The notes beneath the pieces are model-generated. The model made no database searches. It was not told the DNA's origin and worked only from the letters and a program-made list of their open reading frames with translations. Positions 1 to 18,600 of a stretch of DNA of 64,000 nt are shown piece after piece. Source of the DNA: Vicugna vicugna (lineage: Eukaryota); the NCBI GenBank assembly GCA_013265495.1, contig MU057809.1:1169062-1233061 (forward strand), read 5' to 3'. Made by a program: the position numbers and the translations under genes. The first letter of the stretch is position 1. Every line of letters starts with the position of its first letter.

Positions 1-42
1 TTTCAGAATATCATCTCTTCTTTCTCTCTTTTTTTTTTACAG

Positions 43-6437
<6,395 letters not shown>

Positions 6438-7124
6438 TCCAGCAACACTGTGGTGAGACTTCAGGCGGGGCGCGGTTCACGTCCCGTGTGTTTCTCCTCT
6501 GGGGAAGACAGCTTGTGTGAGTGGGACCCAGCTTCAGGTGGCCACATCCTTGCCCGTGAGCTGTGTGGAGTCGGGGGCAGGCCCTGGGTGTGGGAGTGGG
6601 GCTGCCCTCCGGTCCAGCAGGTTGGCCGCGGGCGAGAGGAGGGCCAGCCGTTGACGGAACGAGCCTGAGCAGGGGGAGGCTTTGCTAGGAGAAGGCCTCG
6701 GGGCGTCCAGCAGAAAGGGGGCATCCGCCGCTGCAGCGGCTGTTCTGGTCAGTTTCTGGTCAGTCCCTAGTTGGTCTGAGATGAGAGCCCCTGAAATGCC
6801 ATCAGGTGTGGCAGGAACTCAGGCTTCAGTAAGGGCAGAAGGACCGGAGGTTGCCACCTCAGAACTGGCGTGGGTGCGGGGGAGGAGGGCCAAGGCTTTG
6901 TGCGCGTTGGGGTGCCCGGCCCTGCCATCCCGCAGCGGGGAAAGGGGTGGTGGTTCCCGGCCCCGCCACAGGCGTCGGAGCAGAGCGAATCTGTGGTCCC
7001 TCCCTCCTTTACGGGGTGTGCTGTGTGCCGGCCACACCGCCCGCCTGGGCCACGTGGCTGGTGCCTGTTCCTCATGCAGCCCCGGCACCCAGGACAGGGA
7101 GTGACCATTGTCCCCTTGCTGCAG

Positions 7125-7555
7125 TGCCCCGTGTCCGTGCTGGAACCGCGGCCGTCCTTCTGCGGAAAGCCTGCACGTCCCTGAGCTCCTGCCTGTGCTC
7201 TCGCGCGTGGGGCCGAGGCCGCCCCAGAGCTCGCCGCCCCAGAGCTCGCCGCCCCCACACGTCGCCGTGCCTTTCAGCCCCTGCTGTCCACGGGGCCCAG
7301 AGGCACTGCTCTCGGTTTCCTCTTGTTTGGGTTTTAATCGCACCGCAGACTGTGCCCTGCCTTCTGCGGTCAGTGGTCCTGCCGAGACGCAGTGTCCCTC
7401 CCGGGCCCCTGGACGCCGGCAGGGAGGCCTGCAGTGCTGCGGCCCCGCGCACTCGGGGCGTCGGGGCGCCATGGCACGTCCCCCGCCATTCAGGTTGTGA
7501 CAGATTCTCTCAGTGGGCTAAACGTGGAAATAAAAGCAAACTTGTATGAAAAAGC
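7125..7555 (+). other. EIF3B: Probable non-coding terminal (3'UTR) exon of EIF3B
   Basis: ccccttgctgcAG acceptor ending at 7124; AATAAA at 7529 followed by a pyrimidine/GU-rich tract; both exon ends are approximate. Confidence 0.6.
7529..7534 (+). terminator. Proximal polyadenylation signal AATAAA (EIF3B)
   Basis: ggaAATAAAagc, then tctttctcctctctttgagtgtagt. Confidence 0.75.
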
Positions 7556-8354
7556 CGTCTTTCTCCTCTCTTTGAGTGTAGTTAGTGGCCTTGAACTTGG
7601 TGCCTGTGCCCTCAGTTCATGCCTTGCGCTGCGAGCTCACGTGGCGAGGAAGGGACGTCACCCTCCTCGGAGTCTCCTGCTTGTCAGTTCACCTGATGAG
7701 GACGATCCCTTCCTTCCTCGGTTGCACAGGTGTGAAGACGTACCTTGATGGTTGTCACTGAAGCCACTAGTGTGTGGTTCTCTTGAGTGTGTAGCTCTGT
7801 CCCCTGAGGAGGGAGTGAGCACGTCCATGAAGCTCCAGCCCTTGTAACCTGCAGTGCCTGCTGCCCGTTGGCGCCTTGTGAAACGGCCGTTTCTTCCTCC
7901 CCTTTTCTGTCCTGGACCCTGAAGCTTAGTTTAGAAAGCAGTGCAACGTGGAACAGACACACTTGGCGTTCACAGCTGTGACCGTGACCTGGACCACATC
8001 CGGGCCGGCGGGGGCCTTCTGGGGTTGGAGGCCCAGCTGCACCCGTGGGGAGGAGGACAGGCCAACACCCGCCCTGTGGCTCGGCCGGCGGGCCCCCCGT
8101 GGGCCTGCGCCCCGCGCTCTCCCCTCTGTGGCTCTCAGCTTGGCGGGCCCCCTCACGTTGTGGCCACAGCGGCCCTTGTGTCCGCTTCTGTGCTTTTAAC
8201 CGCAGTGTGCGAGCCCTGGTTCTCCTACTTTGTGGCTTTAAGAAGGGACAGGCACACGGTTCTGTTGTATTAACAGGTTTTTAGCAGAGCTTTTGAAAAG
8301 TTAACTTTTCACTGTTACAAATTTGCTAGTTCTAACTGTTTTGCATAGTTTGTA

Positions 8355-8360
8355 AATAAA
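8355..8360 (+). terminator. Distal polyadenylation signal AATAAA (EIF3B long 3'UTR)
   Basis: TGTA directly upstream, U-rich block at 8270-8350, tgtgctgatctgtcttctgt downstream. Confidence 0.6.
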
Positions 8361-9566
8361 ATAATTTCCAAGCACTTGTGCTGATCTGTCTTCTGTCGAC
8401 CGGGTTCCCCAGGCCTGGCCCATCACAGAGGACTTTCCTGACCCGTCCCAAGGGTGTGGGGGTGCAGTGTCCCCAGTGTCCTGCTTGGGCATAGGGGTGG
8501 GCGCCCGGCCCCCTGCGCAGTCCTGGTGTCCGGTGTGTCTCCAGAGCAGTCAGGATGGGAGGGGCTTGCCCTCCGGTCGGAGCCTGGAGGCGGGCTCTCC
8601 AGCAAGTCCTTGGTGGGTCAAGAGGCCGGGCCTTCATGGGAGGGGCCCTCTCCTCCCCTGGCCTCGCTCACGTGGCTGAGAGGCCCTGGAGCCCAGCATT
8701 GACCTGGACGCCAAGGGTGAGAACATGGGCGCGACCAGCACAACCCTGCCCGAGATGAGCGAGTGAGCGAGCGTATGTGGCCAGTGACTGCTGCGGGGCC
8801 AGACGAAGCCACGGTGACCCCGTAGTCACTCAACTTCAGACACAACCCCCCTCGTGTGGGTGGGCCTCTGGCGCCTTCCCTCTCGGTGGCTGGAATCGCT
8901 AAGTTGGATTTCTCAGGCCTGAGCTCCGTGGGTCCAGTCTCGTGGTTTACGCCAAAGGCCGCAGCGGTTCTCTGTCCTGGTAGCAGCCCCTGTGTCCCTG
9001 GCGGGAACAGGGCCCTGGGCACCTGGCACGCCGGTTGGCTGCGCGACCTGGCAGGTGCAGCCTGCTTGGGTCACGGCCCAGTGACTTCCTTGGGGACTGC
9101 AGTGGAAAAGTTGAGCGCAGCGTTTAAGCAGTAAACATGCCTGGTGGTTAACGCGAGTCGGGCCCTGGGTGTGGGGCAGGCAGCGTGGGAAAGGGGCCTA
9201 AAACCACATCCTAATCAGAAACCTGTGGGTCGTTGGCAAGGTTGACTTAGAAACGTGCCTTTGAGGAGAGAAGTATTTTGAGGAAATTATTTAAATATTA
9301 GCTGCTAGCTTTCTGCACCAGGCCTGGGGTAGGTCTCTGATGGGCTCACCTACAGACCAGGTGAGGCCTGAGAGCACCCCGGGGTTGCCACAGCGTTAGG
9401 TGAGGGCCCCACCTGAACCACATGGGCCGGCCCTGAGTTGCTGAGACACGGGACTAGCTGGGCTCCTGGGGCCCTGCTGCTGTCACAGGGCTGGGGCGGG
9501 GCTGACTGCAGCCAGGTGTCTCCAGCTGGATAGCAGGGAGCCAGGAGCTCTTGTCCCCGGCCAGCC

Positions 9567-9653
9567 ATGCCCTCCCGCCCTGCTGCCGGCTCCTCGCCGG
9601 CCCGGGGCAGCCCCGCCGTGGGGGAGGTGGAGCCCAAGGACCAGCAGGTCATG
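9567..9653 (+). CDS. KIF19B: KIF19-like exon 1 ([29 protein letters not shown])
   Basis: gccATG context; KDQQVM matches the KIF19 N-terminal KDQQLM; ATG|GTGAGC donor. Missed by the ORF track. Confidence 0.8.
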
Positions 9654-12600
9654 GTGAGCGTCCTCCCCCGAGTGCCTAGACTGTCCCTGGGCCGCCTCCT
9701 CCCTGCCCTGGCCTCCTGACCCACTGCCCCCAGTGCCCGCATGTCATAGGTCAGGCCTCTGCCGTCAGCCCGGGTCCCCATACGGGTCCTGCCCCTGGCC
9801 GCTTAGCCCTCCCTCACAGGGACCTAGCGACCCCCTGCTTCTCACCTCACCCCAACCCCCACCCCATCAAGCTGGGCCTGATCAGGCCTGTGTCCCGGGT
9901 GACGTGAGGCCCGTTAGGCAGTGCGGTGAGCGGGGACCAGGGGCTTGCCGCCAACCTGCAGGCTAGTCACAGAGCCCTCGTGTTCGGGTCCCCGTTTAGG
10001 TGGCAGGGGAGCCACAGCTACCGTTCCTGCCAGGAGGAACCTTCCCCCATTACAGACCGGGCAGCAGAGGCCCAGAAGCACTGCACTGGCTCACTGGGCC
10101 CACGGCTCCTGAGTGGCCAAGGAGGTTGGAGGCCTGGGTCAGTGCCACCCCAGAGGGTGCCCTGCAGAACTGTCTTAGAACCAGGGGGTGAGGCGGGCCG
10201 AGAATGGTGGGCAGCAGGGCTCTGAGCGTGCCCGCAGCCCGCATGAAGGTCAGGTCCCTCGGGGGTGGGTAGGAAGCGGGGCGCAGCGGTAAGACCCCGC
10301 AGCAGCTGTGTGACCCTGGCAAGTTACTTTGGCTCTCTGGGCCTCAGTCGCCCCGGCTCAGACCAGGGAGGGTCACCGCGTTCACAAGGCTCCTCTCAGC
10401 CCCGTCGTGCGGCTGAGCAAGCTCAGGCTCTGCGTGAGGAGGTTCCTGCCCGGCCAGGCTCTAAGGCTTCACCGGGAGTGGGAGGCTCTTAGGAGGTGAG
10501 GGGAGGTTGGGCAGGCGTCTCTGCACTGGAAGGACCGGGGGCTCCCTCGTTGGGGCCTTGGAAGGCAGCCTCGCGGTGTCCTGCCCACAGGTGGCGCTCC
10601 GGATCCGCCCTCTCAATGACTTGGAACTGGAGGATGGGGCCACCGTCATCGCCCACAAGGTGGGTGACCAGGTGAGGCTGCGTCGTGGGGTCAGAGCCCC
10701 CCACCCTCCCACGTGTGCTCACCCACCTCGCTCCCTCCCTTCCAGAATCAGTAAGGTCAGTGCTCAGTGACCGGCGCTCCAGACACTGGCGTGAGGGAAC
10801 CCAGGGCCTGCCGCGTCTCCCCCAGCTCACTTCCTAGTGGGGTGGGGTGGGGTGGGGGTCAAACGGGATAAACGCAGAACACTGGGGAGCTGAGTGCGCA
10901 GAGAACAGAGTGGACAGAGGAGGACACAAACGTCCTCACCCTCCCGGGAGCCGGGAGGGCGGGGGCGGGGGCGGGCAGGAGGAAGGCCGCCCGGATGTGC
11001 GGCTGTGACGGGCCCGGTGACCGCAGCCCCCAGCCCGGGGCGGCACGCTGCCCCGGACCCCTGCTCCTTGGAAGCTGGCTCGGAAGCTGCGCCATCCGTG
11101 CAGCTTAGGCGTGGTGGTGCCCGGGGTCCTCACTGACCGGAACACATGCCAAAGTTGGGGTCCAACAAAACGTGGTTCCCCAACTGGATTCCCCCATTTG
11201 TCCCCGAAAGGCCGCTCTGACCGGGATGCTCCCAGGGTGTGTTTGTTCTTGAGGCAAAGGACCCCGACGGAGGGGAGGCCGGCTGGGGCTTGCCCACGGG
11301 GTGGGGGTGACGCGAGGGGAGAGGAACCGGGGGTGTAAACAGGCGAGACGGGGTTAAACTGCGGGGAACGGAGGCTTACAGGAGGGGCTCTGGCTCGGCT
11401 GTGGAGAGCGTTCCCACAGCCTTGACCTGGAGACAGTGCCAGGCCAACTAGGTCCATGACGTGACTGCCCTGGCAGGCAGGACTGGGGACAGGCTCAGGA
11501 CACGGTGTGGGCCCGGGCTCGGCACAGACAGGGTGACGACAGCCAAGTATCGGCTACGAGTCTGGGGCGAGCAGGGCCGGGGCGGGGGCTGCGGCCCACA
11601 GGCCCCCCGTTGTCACGCCGGGAACTGTGTGCACCACTGATCTAAGCACGCAAGTGCCAGGGAGCAGGTGGTGCCTCTGAAATAGCAGTCGAGGCAAATG
11701 GCCTGCTGGAGTCTGCAGTGGCTCTCAAAATGGTTCCAGTCTCCCCAGATCTTGGCACAGAGCTCCCAGGGGCTCTGGCCTCCCCCGGCTGAGTGGGCAG
11801 GCGGCCCGGTGGCAGGCTCTGGGCCACCCAGTTGGGCCCCTAAGACTCCACAGCTCCCCCAGGTCCCAAGCACCAGGATAAACAGCTCGGCTGGTCTCCG
11901 TTGCCCTGCCCTCCAGCCCCGGCACAGGCTCCTTTGAGCCTCGCGCCCCCAGAGGCCCCGGGACACCCTGCTCTACGAGGACGTGATTCTGTGGGAAAGG
12001 AGAGGCCCCGGCCGGGGGTGCCAGGGGGCTCGGGGGCCCAGCGCAGGGCGGCAGGGCTGGTGGGTGCAGTCCCTCCCCAGGCACCCGGGACCCCTCCTCC
12101 GTTTTCCCCTTTCCTTTGGGCAGCACAGCCCCCGGAGCAGGAGGTCACTGGGTGGGGAGGGGGTGTCCCCTGGGTTGCATGGGGAGAGTGCAGGAGTGAG
12201 GCTGCTGGCTCGGTCCACAAAGCCCCTTCCCCACCTGCAGGGCGTTGTGGCTGGCGTAGCTCTTCACGGGCCCTTGGCGCCCAGGCCCGGCACTTGGTGG
12301 GTGTCTGGGCTGCTGTCCGCGTTGGGCGCTGGTTGGGCGCTGGGATGGGTCGGCTGGAGGCAGAGCCCAGCAGGCCTCGGGGTGGAGGGGGGCCTGCGGC
12401 CCAATCCCCTGCCAACCCTGCCTCTCACTCCCCAGGTGGTGGTGCTGATGGACCCCGGGGAGGACCCCGAGGACCCGCTGCGCACACACCGGTCCCGGGA
12501 GAAGACCTTCATCTTTGACACTGTTTTCGACCAGCAGGCATCCCAGGTGCCCGCCCCTCCCCACCGCCCCATGTCCCCGCGGAGCCAGGCCCGCGTGGGT

Positions 12601-15600
12601 GTCCTCACGTGGGGGGCTTGGCAGCCATGTGGCCTCATCTACGGCGTCTCGCGAATCTCCCTGAGGATCAAGGAGGTTGGCACTTTGGGTCACCCCAGGG
12701 CAGAAGCAGAGGCCCCGTCCAGGGACGCGGGGGGCTGCCAGGTGCCCGGGCTTTATACACATTCTCACACATCCTCCGTGTGTCCGTGTGTCCGTCCACC
12801 CACCCATCCACCCAACAAAGTCCTGTCCTGTCCTGTCCTGTCCTCCACGGGGCTAGAACACACTCCCTGCCCACAGGGGCTCACATCCCAGCAAGACAGA
12901 CAGACAGACGACAGGAGACAAACGGTGATAAGCACCGTCCTGGAGACCAGCCAGGCGAGCGAAGGCCTTCCTGAGGGAGAGCGAGTCAGGCGAGGCCGGA
13001 AGGAGGAAGGAGGCCGCTGCGAGCACACAGTGGGGAGGGTCTGGCGGAGGCTGCCCGGCGCCCGCTCCACAGACGAGGAGTGGGGTCAGGCTGCGCTCCT
13101 CACCTCCGCCCTTTACGAAGGACGGAAGGCCGTCCAGCACGTCCTGACCCTCACATTACAGAGGGCGGCCCGGGCTCAGTGTGGGTGACACACGGGAAGG
13201 TGCTTACTCCTGAGCCCGGCCAAGCAGGACTTGAACCCAGCCTCTCGAGGTGGGACGGCCACGTCTCCGGGGTGGTGACGCCTGCGGGATGTTTGGCCCC
13301 AGGACAGAGCCCAGTGAGGGACGCAGGGGTCCGTGCTCACTCCCGCCCTGCACCCAAATGTCTTTCCCACAGTGCGGGGTGCCCAAGGTACCCCTGCACT
13401 CAGCACAGCCCCCTCAACTGCCAAGAAGCCACGGCTCCCACCTGTCCGCTGGCTTGCAGCGCAGCAGGGCCGAGGCTGCATACAGCCGCTCGCCACCATC
13501 CTTCGTGGCTCTTCGGGTGGATGAGGGTCAGCCGGGCAGGCCCTCCTGTGGTGCTGGGCGTTCACGTGGAGCACCGGGGTTTCCCACAGGCGGCCTCTCC
13601 ATGCAGCTTGGCCTTCCTCTCAGCATGGCGGCCCCAGAGCACAGGCGGGAAGGTGGGCGCTGCCAGGCCTCTCGGGGCCCGGCCCACCGCACCACATCTG
13701 CCACGCTTCACTGGGGGAGCGAGTCACTAGGGCTGGCCTGGACGGCCTTCTGTCTGTCCGCAGGAGGAAGTGTACCGTGCCACCACCCAGCACTTAGTGG
13801 AAGGCGTGATTTCTGGATACAATGCGACGGTGTTTGCCTACGGCCCCTCAGGTACCACCACGGGCAGTGTCCCGAGGAGGGGATGGGGCTGGTGGCAGCG
13901 GAACCCTTTCCAGCAGCACAAAGCACCTACTGTGTGCTGGCCGTGCGCTGGTCCCTCTGCATCCGCTGGCTCCTTTGGTCCTTGCAGGAGCCCCAAAAGG
14001 CAGGTAGAGCACCCCCTGCCCCGTCACAGATGAGAAAACTGAGCCTCCGAGAGGTGAGGGGACTTCCCCAAGGTCACACAGCTGGTAGGAGTGAACCTGG
14101 CACTCAGCCCAAGCCTACACTTTGCTGCCCATGGGAGCCCACAGATTTCTTCTCTGCAGTGACAGGCTGGGATCGCAAACACTGAGACGCTAAGCTGCTC
14201 TCCTAAGAACTAGAATCGCAGAGGGCCAGCGCTGGGTGAGCCCTGCGGCCCTCCCCCTGCAGGTGTGGAAACGGAGGCCCTGGGAAGCCTGGCTCAAAGC
14301 CACAGCTTGTTTATTTCATTCATTCATTCATTCAACAAACATTAGGGAGCATGTACTATGCGCTGGGCTCTAGCAAAGGAAAAGGGCCAGCTGGTCCTTG
14401 CCTCTAGGGGCGAACGGGTACAGGGTGGTGAGGCACTGCTTAGAAAGTTTAGCACGTACGTTAATTCTATTACAGAAACAATACAAACACCTTAAAGCAA
14501 ATTTGGAGCGGGGAATCCGGCCTCCCTCCGCTGACTGCGCCTTTGCTTTACGTCCTCCAGGCTCCCTGCCTGCCTAGGTGCCCTCCACACAGCGGCCATC
14601 AGGCGGCTCAGACAGGGTGGTTTTCTTTTTCCTTGTTTCCAAAATGGAAAACGAGAGTGCCAGAGAGCAGGGGCAGTTTGCTCAGTAAAGGCCGCGGGCG
14701 TGGCCAGGCTCGGGGTGGGGCCCAAGTCCAGCTCAGGAGCCCCGCCTGGATGGCGTCCTGCTCCCCTCGCAGGTGCCGGCAAGACCCACACCATGCTGGG
14801 CACGGACGCGGAGCCTGGCATCTACCTGCAGACCCTCACCCACCTCTTCCGGGCCATCGAGGAGACCCGAGACAGCGCGGACTGCAGCGTGTCCATGTCT
14901 TACCTCGAGGTGAGCCCCCCCGCCCGCCTCGGCTGCAGAGCCCCCACCTGTTACCCCAGGTGCCCCCGGCCTGTGGGAAGCCTCCGCCTTCCCGGCGTCC
15001 GCATCCCCTCTGGAGGTGCCGAGCCCCAGTGACAGGCAGGTCCCTGCACTGCTGCCTTTGCACCAAAGCTCCCGCTCCCAGCGTTTCTGTGTCATGCAGA
15101 TTTATAACGAAGCCATCCGGGATCTCCTGAACCCGTCCTCGGGGTTTCTGGACCTGAGGGAAGATGCTAGGGGCAGCATCCAGATTGCAGGCATCACGGA
15201 GGTCTCCACCTCCAACGCCCAGGAGGTGAGGCCCACGGGGGGACACTGGCAGCCACGCTGGCAGGCACCAGTCCCCACAAGGTCCCTCACGGTCAGGTTC
15301 ACAGAGCAGAGTCGGACACACAGCTCCTCCTGGGCTCAGGGAGCAGCCCACGCCCGCCCACCCCAGCCACCCTTGTCCTGCCCTCCACGCTGCGCTCAGG
15401 GCAGGCATCACCAGTGAACCACGCAGCCTTCCCTCTGTGTCCACGTGCAGGTGTGGAATCCACCTTCCTGCAGCACCCCAGGTGGGCCCCGCCGGTCAGG
15501 GTCAGCCTCACCTCTAAAAGCCGCACTGATCCTGAGTGCTGCTCCCACAGCCCTGCCCTCCAGCCTCTCCCGGTGCTGCCCTCCCACTTGCCCAGAACCC

Positions 15601-18600
15601 TTCAGCTGCTCCCTATGGCCCCCGACCCCTGGGTGACCGTGTTTTCCAGCCGTGACGGCCTCGACCCGAGACCCTGCCCTGATGGCCCGTCGCGGGCCCC
15701 GGGTTGGAGAGGAGGGCCTGTTCTGTAGGAACAACGGGCATGTCAGTCTCCCTCCACGCATGCTTTGTGGTCCTCCCCCGCTGGCACGCAGTGGGTGCCC
15801 AGCAGAGGCTCACTGGCTTGATTTCCACCGCTGGTTGCACACAAAAGGCTTTCAGACCACCCGCTAACTCCAGCAGACCCCTACAACTGCCTGGAGTTCA
15901 GTATTGAAAGGGCTCTCTGGGGAAGAGACGGGTAATCCACTGGTGATGTCTGCCACGGGCAGAGGTGGGGAAGGGCTGCTACAAGTGCGACTCCCGCTGG
16001 TTCAGTTGGCGGATTCATTAATCACTTCCTGCCGCAAACCAGAAATTGCTTCCACCAGTTGAGGCTCTGCCATCTGCAGCCGGGGGCCGGGGAAGAGGCA
16101 CCCCAAGGGGGCTCAGGGGTGCACCCTCCTTCTCTTGTTCTGGAGAGAGCGTGTAGCATGCAGGGGCCCTGACGGCCTCCCGCCTCTGCCTCGGTCCTCA
16201 GATCATGCAGCTTCTCACCAAAGGCAACCGGCAGCGCACGCAGGAGCCCACGGCCGCCAACCAGACGTCGTCCCGCTCCCACGCCGTGCTGCAGGTCACC
16301 GTGCGCCAGCGCAGCCGCGCCACTGACTTGGCGGGGGCAGTGCGCCTGGGGCGGCTCTTCATGGTGGACCTGGCGGGCTCGGAGCGGGCATCCCAGGTTC
16401 CTGGCCTCTTCGTCACAGTTCCTCCCCTTGTGTCCGTCTGCTCGCTAGTCCATGCGCAGGACACTGTCCCTCTTCGTTCAGCAGCTTCTCCAGCACCGAG
16501 ACCGGCGCCTGGCCCAGGAGAGGCGCCTGCTAACCGCGCGCTGGGGACCGGGCCGCGGAGCCAGGATTCAGGGAGGGCACCCCGTGTGGCAGGCTCCCGG
16601 GGCACCAGACACACAGAGACGAGCTGCACCCAGACCCGCCGCTGGGAGCCCGGAGCCTCTCAGGGCGGGTGGGAGGCAGATGCGTGAGCAGATAGTTACA
16701 GCACAGGAAGGCCGTGCTTTGAGATTTGGGGTCACACAGAGGCTGTGGCACCCAGGATAGTGGGGTGGTTGTGGGGCCTCAGAGCTGAGCCCGAGGAAAA
16801 GCCTGTCAGGTGGAGGGAGCCACACATGGTGGGGGGTGTTGGTCGGGAGGCCGCGCCCCGCCTGCCTGCCCCCTCGTCCCTGCTCCAGCCGTTGTGGCAC
16901 CTGTCGCTGGGAGTGAGGGTTGTGCTCACCATTGCCTGGGAGGCTGAGCGGTCCTCAGGGACACCACCCAGCCCAGCAGCAGGAACAGGGAGGGTGCTGG
17001 ATGGAGGCCGTGCCAGAACAATAATGCTACCAGCAAGGGACGCCTCTCCCATCCCTCCAAGGCACCAGCACTTAGCACTCATAAGCCCCGTAACCCCAAG
17101 TCCGTGAGGTGGGCGGCCTCACGCCTGTTTTTCCAATGCTGGGCTGAGGCTCTGGTGGTGGCGGTGTGGCCTCGCCGTGACAACGCCGTGCACAACGGGA
17201 GGGGTCCGGCCCAGAGCTCTACATTTCACGGCTGATACCCCTCCTGCAGTTTGCACAGTATGCTCTGTGTCCTCAGGGTGTGTTGGTCATTGCATCTCTT
17301 CACTCATTCACTCACCTTCCCTGTACCTGGCCCTGCCCTTGGGCCGCTGAAATGAGCAGACTGGCCAGCTAGCCTGCAGTCCGATGGGTCTGAAAGTAAC
17401 ATACTAATACAGTATGAGGCTGGAGGTGCAGTAGTCCAACACATCAGAGATGACCGCCCCGAGAAGATAGCGAGTTACTCACAGCTCCCGGACCGGGGTG
17501 GNNNNNNNNNNNNNNNNNNNNNNNNNNNNNNNNNNNNNNNNNNNNNNNNNNNNNNNNNNNNNNNNNNNNNNNNNNNNNNNNNNGGGGAACTCGTGGGCCA
17601 GAGCCTTTATTGTGGCTTCTGTGGGAAGGCAGGGTGAGCAGGCTTGGGGTCAGCTAGTTTGGGTCATTCCACTGGGCCCTGGGGCACAGGGGCTGTCCCT
17701 GCTGACGAGGGCAGGGGGACAGTGGCCCAGAGTGTGGGGGCCCCTGGAGGAGGGGGTGGGGCAGGCTCTGGGTTGGCTGGTTTGCATTTGAAGCCTGTGC
17801 TCATGGGTGAGTGGCTTGTCTCTAGGACCCGGCCATCCTGGGAGGGACAGCAGGGCCCCCCGATGACAAAGCCTCAGAATAGAGAAAATAAGAGACATGG
17901 TTGATACACAGACAGATGGGGGTGCACACAGCTTCACGTTCACGAAGCTGAGTGTGACAGAGGCCTGGGCTCTGCCTGTGCCGGCCAGACAGTGCTGTGT
18001 CCTCCGGGGCAGGTGGGGCCCGTCTCCCCTGGACTTGGTGCTGACAGAGGCCACCAGACTTAGGAGGTTGAGGCTTTGGGTCCTTGCTCTCCTTCTGCTC
18101 CAACTTGCTGTGTGCCTTTGGGCAGGCCACTGTCCCTCTCTGGGCCTTAGTTTTTAAGCTGTATACTCAGGTGGCCTAGTGCGCTGTCTTTAGGATCTGC
18201 TTGGCTCTCATGGTCTGTTGTTTCTTCAGAGAAAATTGCTCATGAAAGAGTTTGTTCCAGGGCACGAGGTCTCCAAGAAAGCCCCTTGAATCTGTGGCAC
18301 AGATACGTGATACCTGAGAAGCTGCTGTGGCCTGGGTCATGCCAGCAGCCCCAGGCCTGCCCCACACCAGCTCCCACTCAGGGACACGGCAGCTCACGTC
18401 TACCGCTCGCTTCTGTGGGCCCTGCTCTGAGCTGGTCTCTTACATGTGTTGCCCATTAAATCCTGGCTGTGACCCGGGGCGACTGCCCCTTTTGTAAATA
18501 AGGAGACTGAGACAGGTTGGGAGATCCGTCCAGGATAAGTCATTTAAGCTATTCTCAAACTGCGCCCCAAACTGGCTCTAAACCCGTGCCCTTAAAATGT

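Noticed and set aside
11983..13188. 401-aa plus-strand ORF as a single-exon gene
   Set aside because: Only 12436-12546 is kinesin-like and it is bounded by splice sites; the rest is open intron
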